Assembly: GCA_037137535.1 (NCBI GenBank)
Contig: JBAXKC010000004.1
Coordinates: 1-64,000 of the forward strand
DNA length: 64,000 nt
From: a bacterium
GTDB lineage: Bacteria > Cyanobacteriota > Vampirovibrionia > Gastranaerophilales > JBAXKC01
Direction of reading: 5' to 3'
The notes beneath the pieces were generated by a model. The model searched no databases and was not told where the DNA came from. It saw only the letters and a program-made list of their open reading frames with translations. Positions 62,623-64,000 of this stretch are shown in pieces (position 1 is the stretch's first letter; each line of letters begins with the position of its first letter). A program made the translations under genes and the position numbers.

Positions 62623-62654
62623 ATTGGTTTATTGCTAAAATAACAAACTAACCC

Positions 62655-64000
62655 CTAATTCCCACTATCCAAAGAACAAATATCCAATTCAACCGAATTC
62701 CCATGACGAGTTTGGATTTCTCTGCATAAGTCGTTACAGGCGTTTATCCAGAAAGTACTTGAGGCTAGGACTTTTATTGCACTATCTTTTCCGCCTACAT
62801 TGAACACAACGGGATCAGAGCCTTTATGCTTTACCATTAAGTCTTTCAGAGCCATGATTTCTTCAAATTTTGTTTCATCTGAAATGTTAACATTAACAAT
62901 ATTGCAGTTTTCAACCATTCTTACTTCATTTATTGCAATGCTTATTGTTACTTCTTCATCGCCCCTGTGTTGCAGTTTTCCGCCTAACACAACTTTGCAT
63001 TCAGGTTCAAGATAAGCATTATATTTGTTTAAGACTTCGCTAAACGCAACAAAATCAACACTTCCCGTTAAATCTTCAAGCTGTCCGACTTTTAACATTT
63101 TGTTTGTCTTAGTTGTTATAAGCCTGACAGAGCTTATAAGTCCGCAAACCGTTACATAAGTGCCTTCTTTAATTTCTGATAACTCGGCAACGCTGTGAGT
63201 GGTTAAAAACGGTAAATGCTCTTTAATACTCGAAAGTGGGTGACTGGTTACATAAAAACCAAGTAATTCTTTTTCATAGCCCTGTATTTCGGAATCGGTA
63301 AACTCTTCATCTCCGCCCGAAAGAGTAAATTCCATTGTGGTATCTCCGCCAAAAAGGCTTATCTGTCCGCTTTTTTGTGCTTCTTGATGTCTTGTTGCGG
63401 AGCTAATCGCACCATCAATATTATTTAAAAGTTTTTTTCTACTAGGCTCAATACTGCTATATGCACCTGATTTTATTAAACTTTCAATTGTTCTTTTATT
63501 AAGACATTTTAAATCAACTCTTTTACAAAAATCATAAAAGCCCTCAAATGGCGTGATTGTTCTCTCTTTTACAATTTCTTCAACAACACCCCCACCAACG
63601 TTTTTAACCGAGGCAAGCCCAAATCTTATATTAGTCCCATCGGGAGTGAAATCATTATTTGAATAATTCACATCAGGCGGTAATACTTCCATTCCAAGCT
63701 TTTGAGCCTCTGAAATATACTGTTGAATCTTATCCTGATTGTTGCTTACGCTAGAAAGCAATGCTGACATATATTCAACCGGATAATGAGCCTTTAAATA
63801 TGCTGTCTGATAAGCAAGCATAGCATATGCCGCTGAGTGAGATCGGTTAAAGCAATATGCTGCGAATTCTGTCATTGTGTCAAAAAGTTCACTTGCCATC
63901 TTTTGATCGACATTATTTTTTTCAGAGCCGTCAAGAAATAAAGCCCTTTGCATATCCATTTCTTCAGCTTTTTTCTTACCCATCGCACGTCTTAAAATAT
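62655..64000 (-). CDS. dnaE: DNA polymerase III alpha subunit, C-terminal part (gene continues beyond the window)
   Basis: LRRAMGKK, FAAYCFNRSHSAAY, YLKAHYP, LPPDVN.S, EKELLG.Y...HP, OB fold. Confidence 0.96.
   Translation of the reverse strand, partial: ILRRAMGKKKAEEMDMQRALFLDGSEKNNVDQKMASELFDTMTEFAAYCFNRSHSAAYAMLAYQTAYLKAHYPVEYMSALLSSVSNNQDKIQQYISEAQKLGMEVLPPDVNYSNNDFTPDGTNIRFGLASVKNVGGGVVEEIVKERTITPFEGFYDFCKRVDLKCLNKRTIESLIKSGAYSSIEPSRKKLLNNIDGAISSATRHQEAQKSGQISLFGGDTTMEFTLSGGDEEFTDSEIQGYEKELLGFYVTSHPLSSIKEHLPFLTTHSVAELSEIKEGTYVTVCGLISSVRLITTKTNKMLKVGQLEDLTGSVDFVAFSEVLNKYNAYLEPECKVVLGGKLQHRGDEEVTISIAINEVRMVENCNIVNVNISDETKFEEIMALKDLMVKHKGSDPVVFNVGGKDSAIKVLASSTFWINACNDLCREIQTRHGNSVELDICSLDSGN

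Overview
AT-rich bacterial chromosome segment. It is most likely from a non-photosynthetic cyanobacterial relative (Vampirovibrionia/Melainabacteria, Gastranaerophilales-like). That placement is an inference from the stand-alone atpD-atpC pair, a cyanobacterial-type SLOG/DprA-like protein, the DnaE 'Y-CFN' motif and an anaerobic 2-oxoacid:ferredoxin oxidoreductase. Most of the window is housekeeping: peroxiredoxin, glucan phosphorylase, argF, ispF, 4-subunit 2-oxoacid:Fd oxidoreductase, an M16 peptidase pair, rnhC, wecB, panE, mutS, rsmH-ftsL-ftsI-murE, atpDC, gatD, SPFH/NfeD, eda-kdgK, PNP, pcrA, metX-metW and partial dnaE. It also holds one intact IS30 element and several lineage-specific orphans. 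The most interesting signals are missing from the ORF track. (1) Two short Met/Cys-rich leader peptides, each with mutually exclusive antiterminator/terminator stems, look like sulfur-amino-acid transcription attenuators in front of uncharacterised genes. (2) A 161-bp unit is repeated three times; each copy has a consensus sigma-28 promoter, a ~75-nt C-rich anti-Shine-Dalgarno small RNA and its own terminator. (3) Several unrelated orphan proteins share an N-terminal 'xFKG' motif. (4) There is an orphan R-S-E ADP-ribosyltransferase toxin with a repeat stalk. (5) A single-gene cassette is flanked by an 82-bp direct repeat. All functional interpretations come from reading the sequence; no database searches or folding programs were run.
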